Assembly: GCA_001643675.2 (NCBI GenBank)
Contig: LSRY02000037.1
Coordinates: 124,001-188,000, forward strand
Source of the DNA: Monocercomonoides exilis PA203
Lineage: Eukaryota > Protista > Preaxostyla
Length of the DNA: 64,000 bases
Reading direction: 5' to 3'
The notes under the pieces were generated by a model. It was not told the DNA's origin. It searched no databases and saw only the letters and a list, made by a program, of their open reading frames with translations. The translations under genes were made by a program, and so were the position numbers. Shown here piece by piece: positions 19,301 to 28,762 of this stretch. How positions within the stretch are numbered: the stretch's first letter is position 1; every line of letters begins with the position of its first letter.

Positions 19301-22300
19301 ACCTTGTCAACATCATCCCTCCCACAAATCGAATTGTTCGACTTCAAAGCATCCTGGCTGAAGTCCAGAACAAACAGCGTCTCATTCACTTGCCCTGCAA
19401 TCGAATAGCACTTGATGAACACATCCTTCCCCACAAATGCCTCATTCATCACAAATCGAATGTTCTCCAGTCTCACCCCAAGAGCTGGCATATTCGTTTC
19501 AACTGATTCAGCTTTCGGATCAACTGCATCAACCATCAAACCTCCTCCTCTCCCATCCACTGTCGAGCACATGCACATCACCAACGAGCATCCTCTCACT
19601 TTCAATTCTGATTCCCCACTCTTCAGACACACTTTCACTCCTCCCCCTTCCTCGCTCCTCTCGCTCACACACTTCGTCAGCACACACCCTTCCATCACAC
19701 ACTCCACACCAACCCCAAACGAATCCACACTCACAACACATGCTTCATTCTCTCCACATGAAATGTTTGTGAATGTCGACTCATTCACTCTCACAACTGC
19801 GTTCGCATTTCTTTCTTCTCTTTTCGTGAATTGGAAATTGTGTGATCCCTCAGTCAGCGTGATCAGGCTTCCCCCTGATATTGTTGTGTTCGATATCGAC
19901 ATATTCACCACTGAAATCACTTCCACTTCTGCTCCAAACTCCACAAACCCTTTCGCCACACTCCACTCAGAAAGCGTCAAATCCACAATTGCAACACTTC
20001 CTCCATCCACTCTCACAACACAATACTCCATCTCTCTCCTTTCTTCCTCGCAATCTATCGAACAACACACGACTGAAAGCATTGCAGAGGATGATGAAGA
20101 TTGAATGAATGATGAATGCCTCCCCAATTCATTCGGCATTGTGAATGATATGTTCTTGAATGAAAGATGAACATTCGAAACAACCATCGATTCACCTTCT
20201 CCATTTCCATCCATTTCTCTCACTTTCAAAACTGTCCCTTTCTTTTCTCCTTCAATTGTCACAATGGGAGTTTCTGTTAATGAAGGAGCTGATGGAAATG
20301 ATATTCCTCTGTTCAGTGCTCCTGTTCCAACAATGTTGATGTGTGATTCCCCTTCTCCAAGTGGTTCATATCTCAGTGATATCAAGTGCTCAATCGATGA
20401 ACATGGTGCTTCTGAATATCCACACCCACTGAAGTCTCTTCCTCCCTCCTTCGAAACAAACCCATTCCCACTCCAGTTGCTCCAAAAATACACAACCAAT
20501 GGAATCGCATATCCATCCTCTCCTGTCATCTTCCTCTCCCATCCACACAACTCATCAAACGATCTCAACTCCTCTGAACTCATCTCCCATTTGAAGTTCT
20601 CTTTGTTCACAACCTCACTCAGATCCCATCCTGAAACAAATGCATTCTTCCCTTTCCAAGCATTGCATCCCTCAAATATCATTCCTTCCAACACAAATGA
20701 TCCAACCTCTTCAGGAAGTTCAACAAACATCCCTCCTCCAATTCCTCTTCCTCCATTCTCAACATCCTCTCTTGGCACTTCACATTCAGATAAATTCACC
20801 TTTTTCATTTCCAAGCTCCCTCCATTCCCCACTGATATCATCATCCCTCCTCCTTTCATCTCACTTCCACCTGAACATGTTGATGAAAAATTGCTTTCTT
20901 CAATACAAACACTTCCTCCTTCTTCCTTCATCCCAACATTCAAACATCCTCCTCCGTTCCCACCTTCCACTTCCACTCCACTCACTCTGCTATTCAAAAT
21001 CTCCAATCTCATTCCCTCACTCATTGATATTGGTGATTTCTCATTCATTGTCACTGACCCTTCCATCACAAATCCATTCATAATAAATCCTCCTCCCTCA
21101 ATGCTTATCACATTATATCCTATCTTTCCATCATTCATTGCCTCACGTTCAAATGAGACTGAACAGTTCGTCACACCGAGTGTTGATGTTGAATGAATGA
21201 ATGCTTTTCTCCTTGAATCCAACTGACCTTTCACAACAAATGAAAGTCTGCTCATTGTCAGTGAACTCGAACATCCAACAAGCCATTCTTGTGTGGCTGA
21301 TTTTCCATCACTCACATTCACCTGTATTTTCTCCTCCTCCAATGATGTTTCTCTGCCTGAAATACTCACATCAAATAAAGAAAATTCTATTTCATCCCTT
21401 ATCGATGAAGATGAGATAACCTCTATTTCTTTTGAACTTTCACTCAATCTTGAGTTCGCACAATAATCAACTGTCAAACACCCAAACCCTTCAAACCCAC
21501 ATCGGTTGTGATCCATCCCATTTCCTCCACTCCCATCAACAATCACTTTTTCACCCATTGAGCACAAATACACAAACAGTGGAATCACTTCATCTTCTTT
21601 CCCATCCTCACTCCCACTCAGCTTCAACACATCTTGTGGAATGACACTTGTGCCAAAAAAGGCAAATGTGCCTGTATTCACTTTTGACTCCAAAAACACT
21701 CCACTCCCACAATGAACAAACACATCCTTCCCATATTCTGCAATATTCTCATTCACTTTCGAAAACTCAACATTCTCTCCAATTGTCAATCCACATCCTC
21801 CACTCTCCAACAATACAAACATCCCTCCCCCTCTCCCTCCTCTCCCTCCATTGTTCTCTGCCTTGCATCCATCAATCACACTCGTTCCATTCACAACCAC
21901 TTCTCCATCTCCAATGAAATACACATTCATTCCTCCTCCATTTCCTTCCTCGCACTCACATCCCTCAATTGTTATGTTGCTCACCATAAATACCTCCTCA
22001 ACCTTCACACTCTTTGCCACAACCACCCCATCTCCACTCCTCAACTTCACATTCCGAATTGTCACATTTGCTAAAACACTTTCTTTTGATGAATGTTCTG
22101 GCTCAGAAAACAGTGGTTTTGAGACATTCATATTTATGATCTCCACATCGGTCATCAACAGCTGCGATAGTGGAACCACAAACACTGATGATGACATCAC
22201 ATATTCTCCTGTGTTACTCGTGGTGATCACAACATCCTCCAATGAGAGTGACCCACTTCCATCAGACACCACAACCACACTTGGCGAAAAAGGACTTGTT

Positions 22301-24486
22301 GAGTTGCAATCAATCTTCAAGTGCATCAAACGAAGACGGCCACCCGTCACGCTGAACAGAGTTATCGAAGTTGATGAAAGTGTTCCTGTTCCAATCGAAC
22401 TCTTCTCTTTGCCTGTCCCAACAACAGAAACCTTCATTGATTTAATCTCAATTGTTGTCTCTTCGCTTTTGTGATCTCCTTCCATTGGAATGACAATCAA
22501 GCTCGTCTGTGTCCTGCTTTGATAGACAGCCACTCCTATTGATTTGCAAGCACTTGACTCATCTATTCCACACATCTCGTCTTCAAAACCATCACTCACC
22601 ACAACAAACCGATTGAGAATCCCGCTCTTCAGCCAATCCCTTTTTGATGTTTGATCAAACGTCCAAGCATTTGCATTTTCATAATTGTACATATAGCACA
22701 CTCTCTGATAATCTGTGTTTGTGGTGTAGCATTCGCAAAAGGGATTGCCTGAATTCAAAAAGACATTGGAAAAATCCAGACAGACTATGTCGTGTCCATA
22801 TGGATTGGATGTTGTTCTGCACTTGCATTCATGGAAGAATAAAAAATAGCAATAAATCCCGCCAGCTGGTGCAGTTTGTTTAGCTGGCTCCAAATGAAAA
22901 CCACCTCCCCTGGCAGATGCATTGCACGAAATAAACCTGACGCTTCTTATCTTTAATTGAGACGGAACGTCATAACAGTACATTCCTCCTCCATAAATGT
23001 TTGAAACTGAGCATGAAGTGAAACTGCAGTCAAACATACACGCACTCTCCCCTTCTCCATTTTCTGTTGGAATGCATCCTGTTCCTGAAACCTGTAAAAC
23101 ACCAAGATAAAGTCCTCCTCCATAGCTATTCGCTTTGCAATTCTGGAATTCACATCCACTGATCCGAACACACAATTTCATTGAATGAATGAACATCCCA
23201 CCTCCAGAATAACATTGTGATGAACATGAGTCGAAAGTGCTGTCAACAATCTCAACCGATTTAATGTGAAAGCACATGATTCCGCCTCCGTATGCATATG
23301 CAGTGCATCCGTTGAATGCGCAATGAGAAACTGAAAGTTCTCCATTTACCTTGTTGTGCATGAAAATGGCCCCTCCACTCGATATTCCATCTTCATATGA
23401 GTCACTTTCTCCAGTTGTATTCGATCCACTCCATTCACACCAAATGAATGTATTTTGTCCATCAGTTGTTTCGTTCTGTCTCCCTGGATGCTGTTTAGCA
23501 TCTTTCGACCCGATGAATTCAACGTTTATTGTCCGACAACATCCAACGAATGAAGTGTTTGAGGCTGTCAGAGAGGCCAAGGGGTTGTTGAGAGAAGGGA
23601 CAATACCTCCATCATATGCATCACAGACTGATGAAAATGAACAACTGTTCATCAAGCTTGAAATTTGAGATGATGTTGCTGTTGGTGGTGAATAATCAGA
23701 AGATGCTGTTGAGATGTTGAAAAAAGTGAGTTGTGAGAGAGATACAAGAGGAATAGAGGGCGATGAAAGGAATGGCGCTGATGAGACACAAAAAGAGGAG
23801 AAATGAGAGGAACAAACTGAAACATGACATTTTTCTGAATGAACCCCTTCAAATGGTTTTGAAGAGAAGAGAGATGGGCATTTCTGAAAATGTGAATTCA
23901 AAGGGAATCGGAGAGATATGTTGGTGAACAGCCCACAACTTCCACTCAAACAAAATGGTGGCATTTCTCCTCCAATCTCTATCCTGCATCTGCTCACTTC
24001 GATGAAACATCCTTTCACTGCATTCAATACACTTTGGTCATCATTTGGCACCAATACCAGGGAGTGGAGTTTTATTGAAGAATTGGCAATCATCAAACAC
24101 CCTTCAATCCAACTTTCTCCCTCAAATCTTTGTTGTTTCCTCATTTTTCGCTCATCAGACATGTTTGTTCCTCGAGCCATTTCATTTGGGCTGGCTTCTC
24201 CGAATTCGAGTTTTTCATCATTCTCTCTTTTCGAATCTCCAATCTTCCTTTTTTCACATTTCTTCGTTATTTTCGTTCCACCTTCTCTTCCACCGTTGTT
24301 TGTTTCCAATCCAATTTCATTGGCAAAAACGTCCTTATGAAAGGTGTCCAACCAATTTCTCTCAAGATAATCATCAATTCTTTCTTTCTTGTATTCCCCC
24401 ATCTGACATGTTTCTTCATTTGTCACACTATTGCGCATGCACTGAAAATATATTATGCAGGCAAAACAGCATATTCCCGACAGCAT
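16372..24486 (-). CDS. Giant single-pass receptor-like protein (~2,704 aa): Cys/Gly-rich beta-helix-like ectodomain, TM helix and C-terminal degenerate kinase (pseudokinase) domain
   Basis: Uninterrupted ORF. First ATG is at 24486 (MLSGICCFACIIYF, hydrophobic); the track start at 24498 is GTG. Repeated GGG(A/M/L) and CG-x(5-6)-C modules. TM LLLIVIIMAVILVIILIVSIIMTI-RWRK at ~17660-17740. Kinase C-lobe motifs RWKAPELL, VFSIGMMLWECLTLQIPF, GERP and RPS. Confidence 0.88.
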   Translation of the reverse strand: MLSGICCFACIIYFQCMRNSVTNEETCQMGEYKKERIDDYLERNWLDTFHKDVFANEIGLETNNGGREGGTKITKKCEKRKIGDSKRENDEKLEFGEASPNEMARGTNMSDERKMRKQQRFEGESWIEGCLMIANSSIKLHSLVLVPNDDQSVLNAVKGCFIEVSRCRIEIGGEMPPFCLSGSCGLFTNISLRFPLNSHFQKCPSLFSSKPFEGVHSEKCHVSVCSSHFSSFCVSSAPFLSSPSIPLVSLSQLTFFNISTASSDYSPPTATSSQISSLMNSCSFSSVCDAYDGGIVPSLNNPLASLTASNTSFVGCCRTINVEFIGSKDAKQHPGRQNETTDGQNTFIWCEWSGSNTTGESDSYEDGISSGGAIFMHNKVNGELSVSHCAFNGCTAYAYGGGIMCFHIKSVEIVDSTFDSCSSQCYSGGGMFIHSMKLCVRISGCEFQNCKANSYGGGLYLGVLQVSGTGCIPTENGEGESACMFDCSFTSCSVSNIYGGGMYCYDVPSQLKIRSVRFISCNASARGGGFHLEPAKQTAPAGGIYCYFLFFHECKCRTTSNPYGHDIVCLDFSNVFLNSGNPFCECYTTNTDYQRVCYMYNYENANAWTFDQTSKRDWLKSGILNRFVVVSDGFEDEMCGIDESSACKSIGVAVYQSRTQTSLIVIPMEGDHKSEETTIEIKSMKVSVVGTGKEKSSIGTGTLSSTSITLFSVTGGRLRLMHLKIDCNSTSPFSPSVVVVSDGSGSLSLEDVVITTSNTGEYVMSSSVFVVPLSQLLMTDVEIINMNVSKPLFSEPEHSSKESVLANVTIRNVKLRSGDGVVVAKSVKVEEVFMVSNITIEGCECEEGNGGGMNVYFIGDGEVVVNGTSVIDGCKAENNGGRGGRGGGMFVLLESGGCGLTIGENVEFSKVNENIAEYGKDVFVHCGSGVFLESKVNTGTFAFFGTSVIPQDVLKLSGSEDGKEDEVIPLFVYLCSMGEKVIVDGSGGNGMDHNRCGFEGFGCLTVDYCANSRLSESSKEIEVISSSSIRDEIEFSLFDVSISGRETSLEEEKIQVNVSDGKSATQEWLVGCSSSLTMSRLSFVVKGQLDSRRKAFIHSTSTLGVTNCSVSFEREAMNDGKIGYNVISIEGGGFIMNGFVMEGSVTMNEKSPISMSEGMRLEILNSRVSGVEVEGGNGGGCLNVGMKEEGGSVCIEESNFSSTCSGGSEMKGGGMMISVGNGGSLEMKKVNLSECEVPREDVENGGRGIGGGMFVELPEEVGSFVLEGMIFEGCNAWKGKNAFVSGWDLSEVVNKENFKWEMSSEELRSFDELCGWERKMTGEDGYAIPLVVYFWSNWSGNGFVSKEGGRDFSGCGYSEAPCSSIEHLISLRYEPLGEGESHINIVGTGALNRGISFPSAPSLTETPIVTIEGEKKGTVLKVREMDGNGEGESMVVSNVHLSFKNISFTMPNELGRHSSFIQSSSSSAMLSVVCCSIDCEEERREMEYCVVRVDGGSVAIVDLTLSEWSVAKGFVEFGAEVEVISVVNMSISNTTISGGSLITLTEGSHNFQFTKREERNANAVVRVNESTFTNISCGENEACVVSVDSFGVGVECVMEGCVLTKCVSERSEEGGGVKVCLKSGESELKVRGCSLVMCMCSTVDGRGGGLMVDAVDPKAESVETNMPALGVRLENIRFVMNEAFVGKDVFIKCYSIAGQVNETLFVLDFSQDALKSNNSICGRDDVDKVDVDLIPLITFYYTVQVFVSVKGSDSRQCGAQEKPCQSICCGVRHIEKNLMNVLWIDGECLIGGVCEIGDLNVKPLKRVQATIHFNTVIEEDEMNGGSVIVFVDECVVERCGFVFGGMFGWDGESIVKEKDGRLEISECLFSSETMDLVMKSRIVGVERGELKMTETTFDGIHTTAPLLSFTKEGKVSMNEIGVWDVMSECGLICAGGKVEMEMKEVNFENNSVCGNESVMKMEGAEKRMSVLNCSFAQCQGTNERGRMVEICECVDVLIGSCLFDGGTKERNEQYLNDEEEICRWDGSLVSITKSSVMMKDTTISNSPEGGITMSGGALSVNDGRFENNNPSVEGYPSMRRNIICSDSGTLKVMSLKGGDGLKDNASLWMLNEGCSFEGIASERDSSFFIPVLESVEEKEETDKMKLTFKGMLLVPCNLSFAVVKRKGEEKEIEKHDFESNGFLSEREVEGSVTKDLIRSCGDDVEMSVHILFGNAESPSSTQSFILKNASETNQKDDEKIVEGGKEGKSYLLLIVIIMAVILVIILIVSIIMTIRWRKARNENKDLREIVNDNIRKDPKAFEMVTMEMSPEAQWRRAEREAEKNEERIKKRVYEKSLGHSESSEHLLSESGSTEYILGRDSDRIPEWMLEKVEDEEETRKRTPSPSISSTSTTDTSDTDTTFVRGEDLCPTTSSMSNLVDAMACSSPHEKLIVDLRDSLFMLLHGRNKTKEIAIGTLQEREQTAAQILFWVTNLALHSFDEMDNSLSSLSNLSPHIILFSEHMVICIVMHSDLLSSDDSDSSSISLVTMVSSSSNVSVMSERFTDSPPPSSAFEDEDSFKKECLRWKAPELLINKKMGATKESVVFSIGMMLWECLTLQIPFGEYDGEGAGQKIVNGERPALEELQANSYYETIKNCISSSAEDRPSLTQLKREFMKRFPAEMVIVTMSDAIELEESSEEKEMKKSGCEKSDESETNTNENAAQ

Positions 24487-25757
24487 TGAGTCCGGCACCC
24501 AAGTGGAATATCCTTTTCTTTTTTTCCTGAATTCCTTTTTCTAATATGGGAGAAAAACTTTGAAAACATTCATTTCAAAAGTGAAACTGTATTTTTATTT
24601 GTAGTTGCATTTTTTCAACATTATTCAAAGGAAGATAAATTATTGTATTGATCATATGAATAATATTAATTGAGAATTCAACAATTTTGATGTGTTGATA
24701 TTTCATCAACCAACAAGTGTACAACGATATAATGTGGTTTCTTTGATATTATATAATATTTAGAAGCATCTGAGAACGATTAGTCAATTCACTCAAATTT
24801 AACAATTGGTCAGTGGATTGTTATTCAAAACATTTGTTTGTTCGAAGAACTGAAGAGCTTTTGGAGAAATATTCACAATTTCATATCCCAGTGTGATATA
24901 TTGTGTTTGTTGAGAATTTGTATTTTTGAACTTTCAAACATCAGAAACAATGATTGATTTCTGAATTGAAGTTTGAAAAGCGAATCCTGGCCAAAATGAA
25001 TGTTTTCAATCAAAGACATGATCCACACAGGATTTATTTATTCAATGATGCACATTTTGCATTTTTTGAAATGTGGATGCATTTTGCATGCTTTGAACAG
25101 AAAAAGATGCTATTTCAGTCAAAAGAGATTCGCCAAGGGCTGAAACACTTGAAAATGGACATTTTCAGCAAAAGCAAAGATTATATTGGAAAAGATGGAT
25201 TTTGAATAAAATGTTTGCCAAATTGTGATTTTTTCGAACAATTTCAAGAAAACAAAACCATTTGTTTGATCATTTATTGGAATAAAAATTCACACCTGTT
25301 TTTATCTATTTTCATATTTTTTATTTCAATAGAACAATACGAGAGCAATGGACAACGTCTTATGCGCCTTGTTTGGGGCAGATTTGTTTGACAAATTGCT
25401 TTGGTGAAAGAGGCAAAGGAAGAAAAATGAGCAGACGAATACAAGGAGCTTTGGAAAAGTGGAGAAATGATGAAGTGAGATAGAATATGGATGAATGATA
25501 TTTTTTTTTTTTCTTTTTGGCGGAAGCGATGGAGAAATGTGTTGGGCGTGGAGGACGATTTGGGATTGAATTGCTGTTGAGGAGAAGAAAGAACAAGAAT
25601 TGTGCTGATGATTGCACAATGAAGGCATCAGATGGAAACTTGAAGTGAAGGAGATATCACTTCGATTTCATGTTCTATTTGTGTGGGTCGGCATTGAATG
25701 AGAATGCTTGGAAGCAGCAGGAGTGGAAAGGGTTATGAGCGAATTTGGGTGAGGATG

Positions 25758-25760
<3 letters not shown>

Positions 25761-25806
<46 letters not shown>
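25761..25806. repeat. (GA)23 microsatellite
   Basis: Perfect GA run seen directly. Confidence 0.97.
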
Positions 25807-25809
<3 letters not shown>

Positions 25810-27282
25810 GCAAAGCAGAGGAAAAAGAGAATCAAGCACAGCAGCAAAAGGAGATTTGGATGCACAAATCGTCATATTCACAGGTGCAACAAAGTTTCAT
25901 TCGGAACGTGAAAAAATAAGGAATCATGAGCTGTCGACGAATAAAGTTGATGTTCAATGAAATTTCTTCTTCTTCTTCAACACAACAGTCTCCAAACAGC
26001 CCTCAAACATCATCAACTCCTTCCTCACAATCTTCACTGATTGCTTTGGAAGTGCATGAAAAACACAAAATGGGTGGATTATCTTCTGCCTCTGATGATT
26101 TTAAGCCACATTTCACTTCTTCCTCTCTTGTGAATTCTGGGAGGAAAATCAATACAACTTGTGGTGATTGAGCAGCAGAGAAGAAGAAGAAGAAGAAGGG
26201 AAAGGGAAAGAATCAGAATATTCTTTATGCATTGGCAATGTGTTCTGTCATTGTTGTCAATTTGTTCTTCTCCAACTTCATCATCTTCTTCTTTTCATCT
26301 ATCTCTTTGTTTTTCCTCTTCAACAACTCCTTCCATTTTCATCTGTTTTGTTCTTCAATCTTCTTTATTTCATCCATCGTCACTTGCCTTCACTGAATTA
26401 AATGGACACAGAATCCGATTGGATGAGCAGCCAATCTGGATCTGGCTTTTCTGACTCTTTTGCGAGAAAAGCAAGGCAGCAAGACAAGAGAAATGTTACT
26501 CTCTTCGTTGGTCTCTCATGCACCTTCTATTCTTTTTTGTTATTTTCATCATCATCTCCTTCATCTTCAGCAACAATCACTTATTCTCAAATAGACAAAA
26601 GCACACAGATCAACCAGTTCTGCTTTTGTATCTTGTTTGAAGGATACTGTTTCGTATGAATCGCTTTTCTGCTATGTCTCTTTTTTAATTTCCACTCACT
26701 CAACATGTTTCCAAATCATTTTTTTTTTCGGATTGCAACTAACTGCTAAATCCGAAATTTCCTTACATTTTTGGAAATGTGACAATTTAAATGGGTTATT
26801 ATTTTTAAATCCATGATTTTTCTGTAAAAAATAAAATTTGTCAGGAAATTTTCTTTGAATAATGATAAATGAACACTTTAGAGCTCTTGTTCCATTCAAA
26901 GACAATTTTAACATGACTAAAATCTCAAGCATCATCATTTTTGTTATTATCTTGATTTTATCATTTAAATGGAAAAAACTATTTTTTTTGTAATAAAACC
27001 TTCTTTGAATCAACACCCCGAAAATTTTATGATATCAATTATGATCAACCAGTTCGTTTTTGGAATTTTATTATTAAAAAAGGATATTATATGATGTTGA
27101 TATATAGTTGGTGTTATTAATAGTGGACACTTTCAATAACTGTTGACAGTGGCATTATCTCAACTACCATTGATAGTTGCTTTTTGACAATTGACCTAAT
27201 TATTCCCTCAATGCTAATGAATTTATAATTCATACAGATATGAAACAACTTTCTCTGCAGTGTTAAGAAACAAATATTATTA

Positions 27283-27679
27283 CAGATATCGCATAAAATA
27301 CCGGACATCGCACAAAATACCGGACAAGATCGATTTCACAATAACTGAAAATGGAATAATTCTGACAATTTTCCTCAGAATATATCTTATCAATACAAAC
27401 TCATTTGAAATACAAAACTTTCAAAATAGCTTCATTTGTGCTCAGAAAAAATAAATATCGACATCTCGGAGAAACTCAAAATCCTATTTCTCCGAAAATT
27501 CAAATAATAATTTTTTCGATATTCAGTCTTCATGAAAATGATAGTTTTATATGCCAAATGAGTTTGCATTGATGAGATATATTTTGAGGAAATTTATCTG
27601 AATTTTTCTTCTTGCGGTTATTGAGATATCGATCTTGTCCTGTATTTTTTGCGATGTCCGGTATTTTTTGCACAATCTG
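27283..27679. mobile_element. ~397-bp hairpin MITE with TA target-site duplication (Tc1/mariner/pogo-type)
   Basis: TA|CAGATATCGCATAAAATACCGGACATCGCACAAAATACCGGACAAGATCGAT... pairs with ...ATCGATCTTGTCCTGTATTTTTTGCGATGTCCGGTATTTTTTGCACAATCTG|TA. The arms match for ~140 bp and again near the centre (TCGGAGAAA/TTTCTCCGA around 27481). Confidence 0.85.
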
Positions 27680-27730
27680 TAATTTTCGGAGAAACAAAAT
27701 CATTCAAGTTTCTAAAATGAATATTCGAAT

Positions 27731-28545
27731 CACCATTTATTATTCATATTTGGTTAACTTATTATTCAAAATTGTAGAGAAGTTTATACGAAATTGGTAA
27801 ACTTCTTATTCAAAATTTATAAAATTGAGTATTTAAAAAAAAATTTTTTTTTGTTTTAAGCCTTCCATTGATTGAGTGTCGAAATGTGATTAAAATATCA
27901 TATTCAGTCAATATTCAAAATGAAGAATAGAAATTGAACCTTTAATTTTATTATTTGTAAATAAACATGAAAATTTCCGATTTTTCAGGAAAAAATCATG
28001 ATCAAAGAAATCGGATTATCTTTGAATTATTTCACCTCACATTGTCAGATTACACATTATTCTTTCAAAAAACATTATTTGCAATCATACAAGATCATGA
28101 AATCATTAATTTTTCATCATTGAAAAAATCTTTGAATGTTCTTTCAAAATTCATTTTTTGTTCATAATTGTTTTTCAGAATCTTGAAATAATACAAATGA
28201 TATATTTTGATTGAATAATGCATCGTTGAACAATGTGAGATGAATTTATTTGAGAATTAAACGATTTCATGGATAATGATTTTTTCCTGAAAAATCGAAA
28301 AATTTCATGCTTATTCACAAATAATAAAAATCTGGGTTCAAATTCTCATCTGCATTTCGAACATTGAGTGAATACAATATTTTCAATATTTTCTGATATT
28401 CAGCCATAAACCAATTTTTCACAAAATAATTTTTTTTTGAAAAATACGAAATTTGATTAATTTTGGATAAGAAGTTTTGCAACTGAGAATAATAAGTTGA
28501 CCAATTTCGAATAATAAGTTTTCCAAATTCGAATTATAAATTGTG
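27731..28545. mobile_element. ~815-bp foldback/MITE element (whole-length imperfect palindrome)
   Basis: 27948-28015 (TTATTATTTGTAAATAAACATGAAAATTTCCGATTTTTCAGGAAAAAATCAT) matches the reverse complement of 28262-28327. Symmetry persists out to CACC (27731) and TGTG (28545) and inward to a centre at ~28138. Subterminal ~22-bp tandem repeats are present. No intact TA TSD is seen. Confidence 0.8.
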
Positions 28546-28762
28546 TTCAAAAAATGTTCATGAAACATTTATTTTGAACCAGATACAAGATTTTTCTTGA
28601 TTTAAAGTGAATATCCAATTTTTGTTCATCATTAATCAGTATGCATAACATGTTCTGATTTAACAAATTATATGTTTGTTTTTCATTTACAGAATAATAT
28701 ACCATATTTTAATTATTCTTATTACCAACTTATCCGAACAGCTGAACCGTTGGCTTTATACA

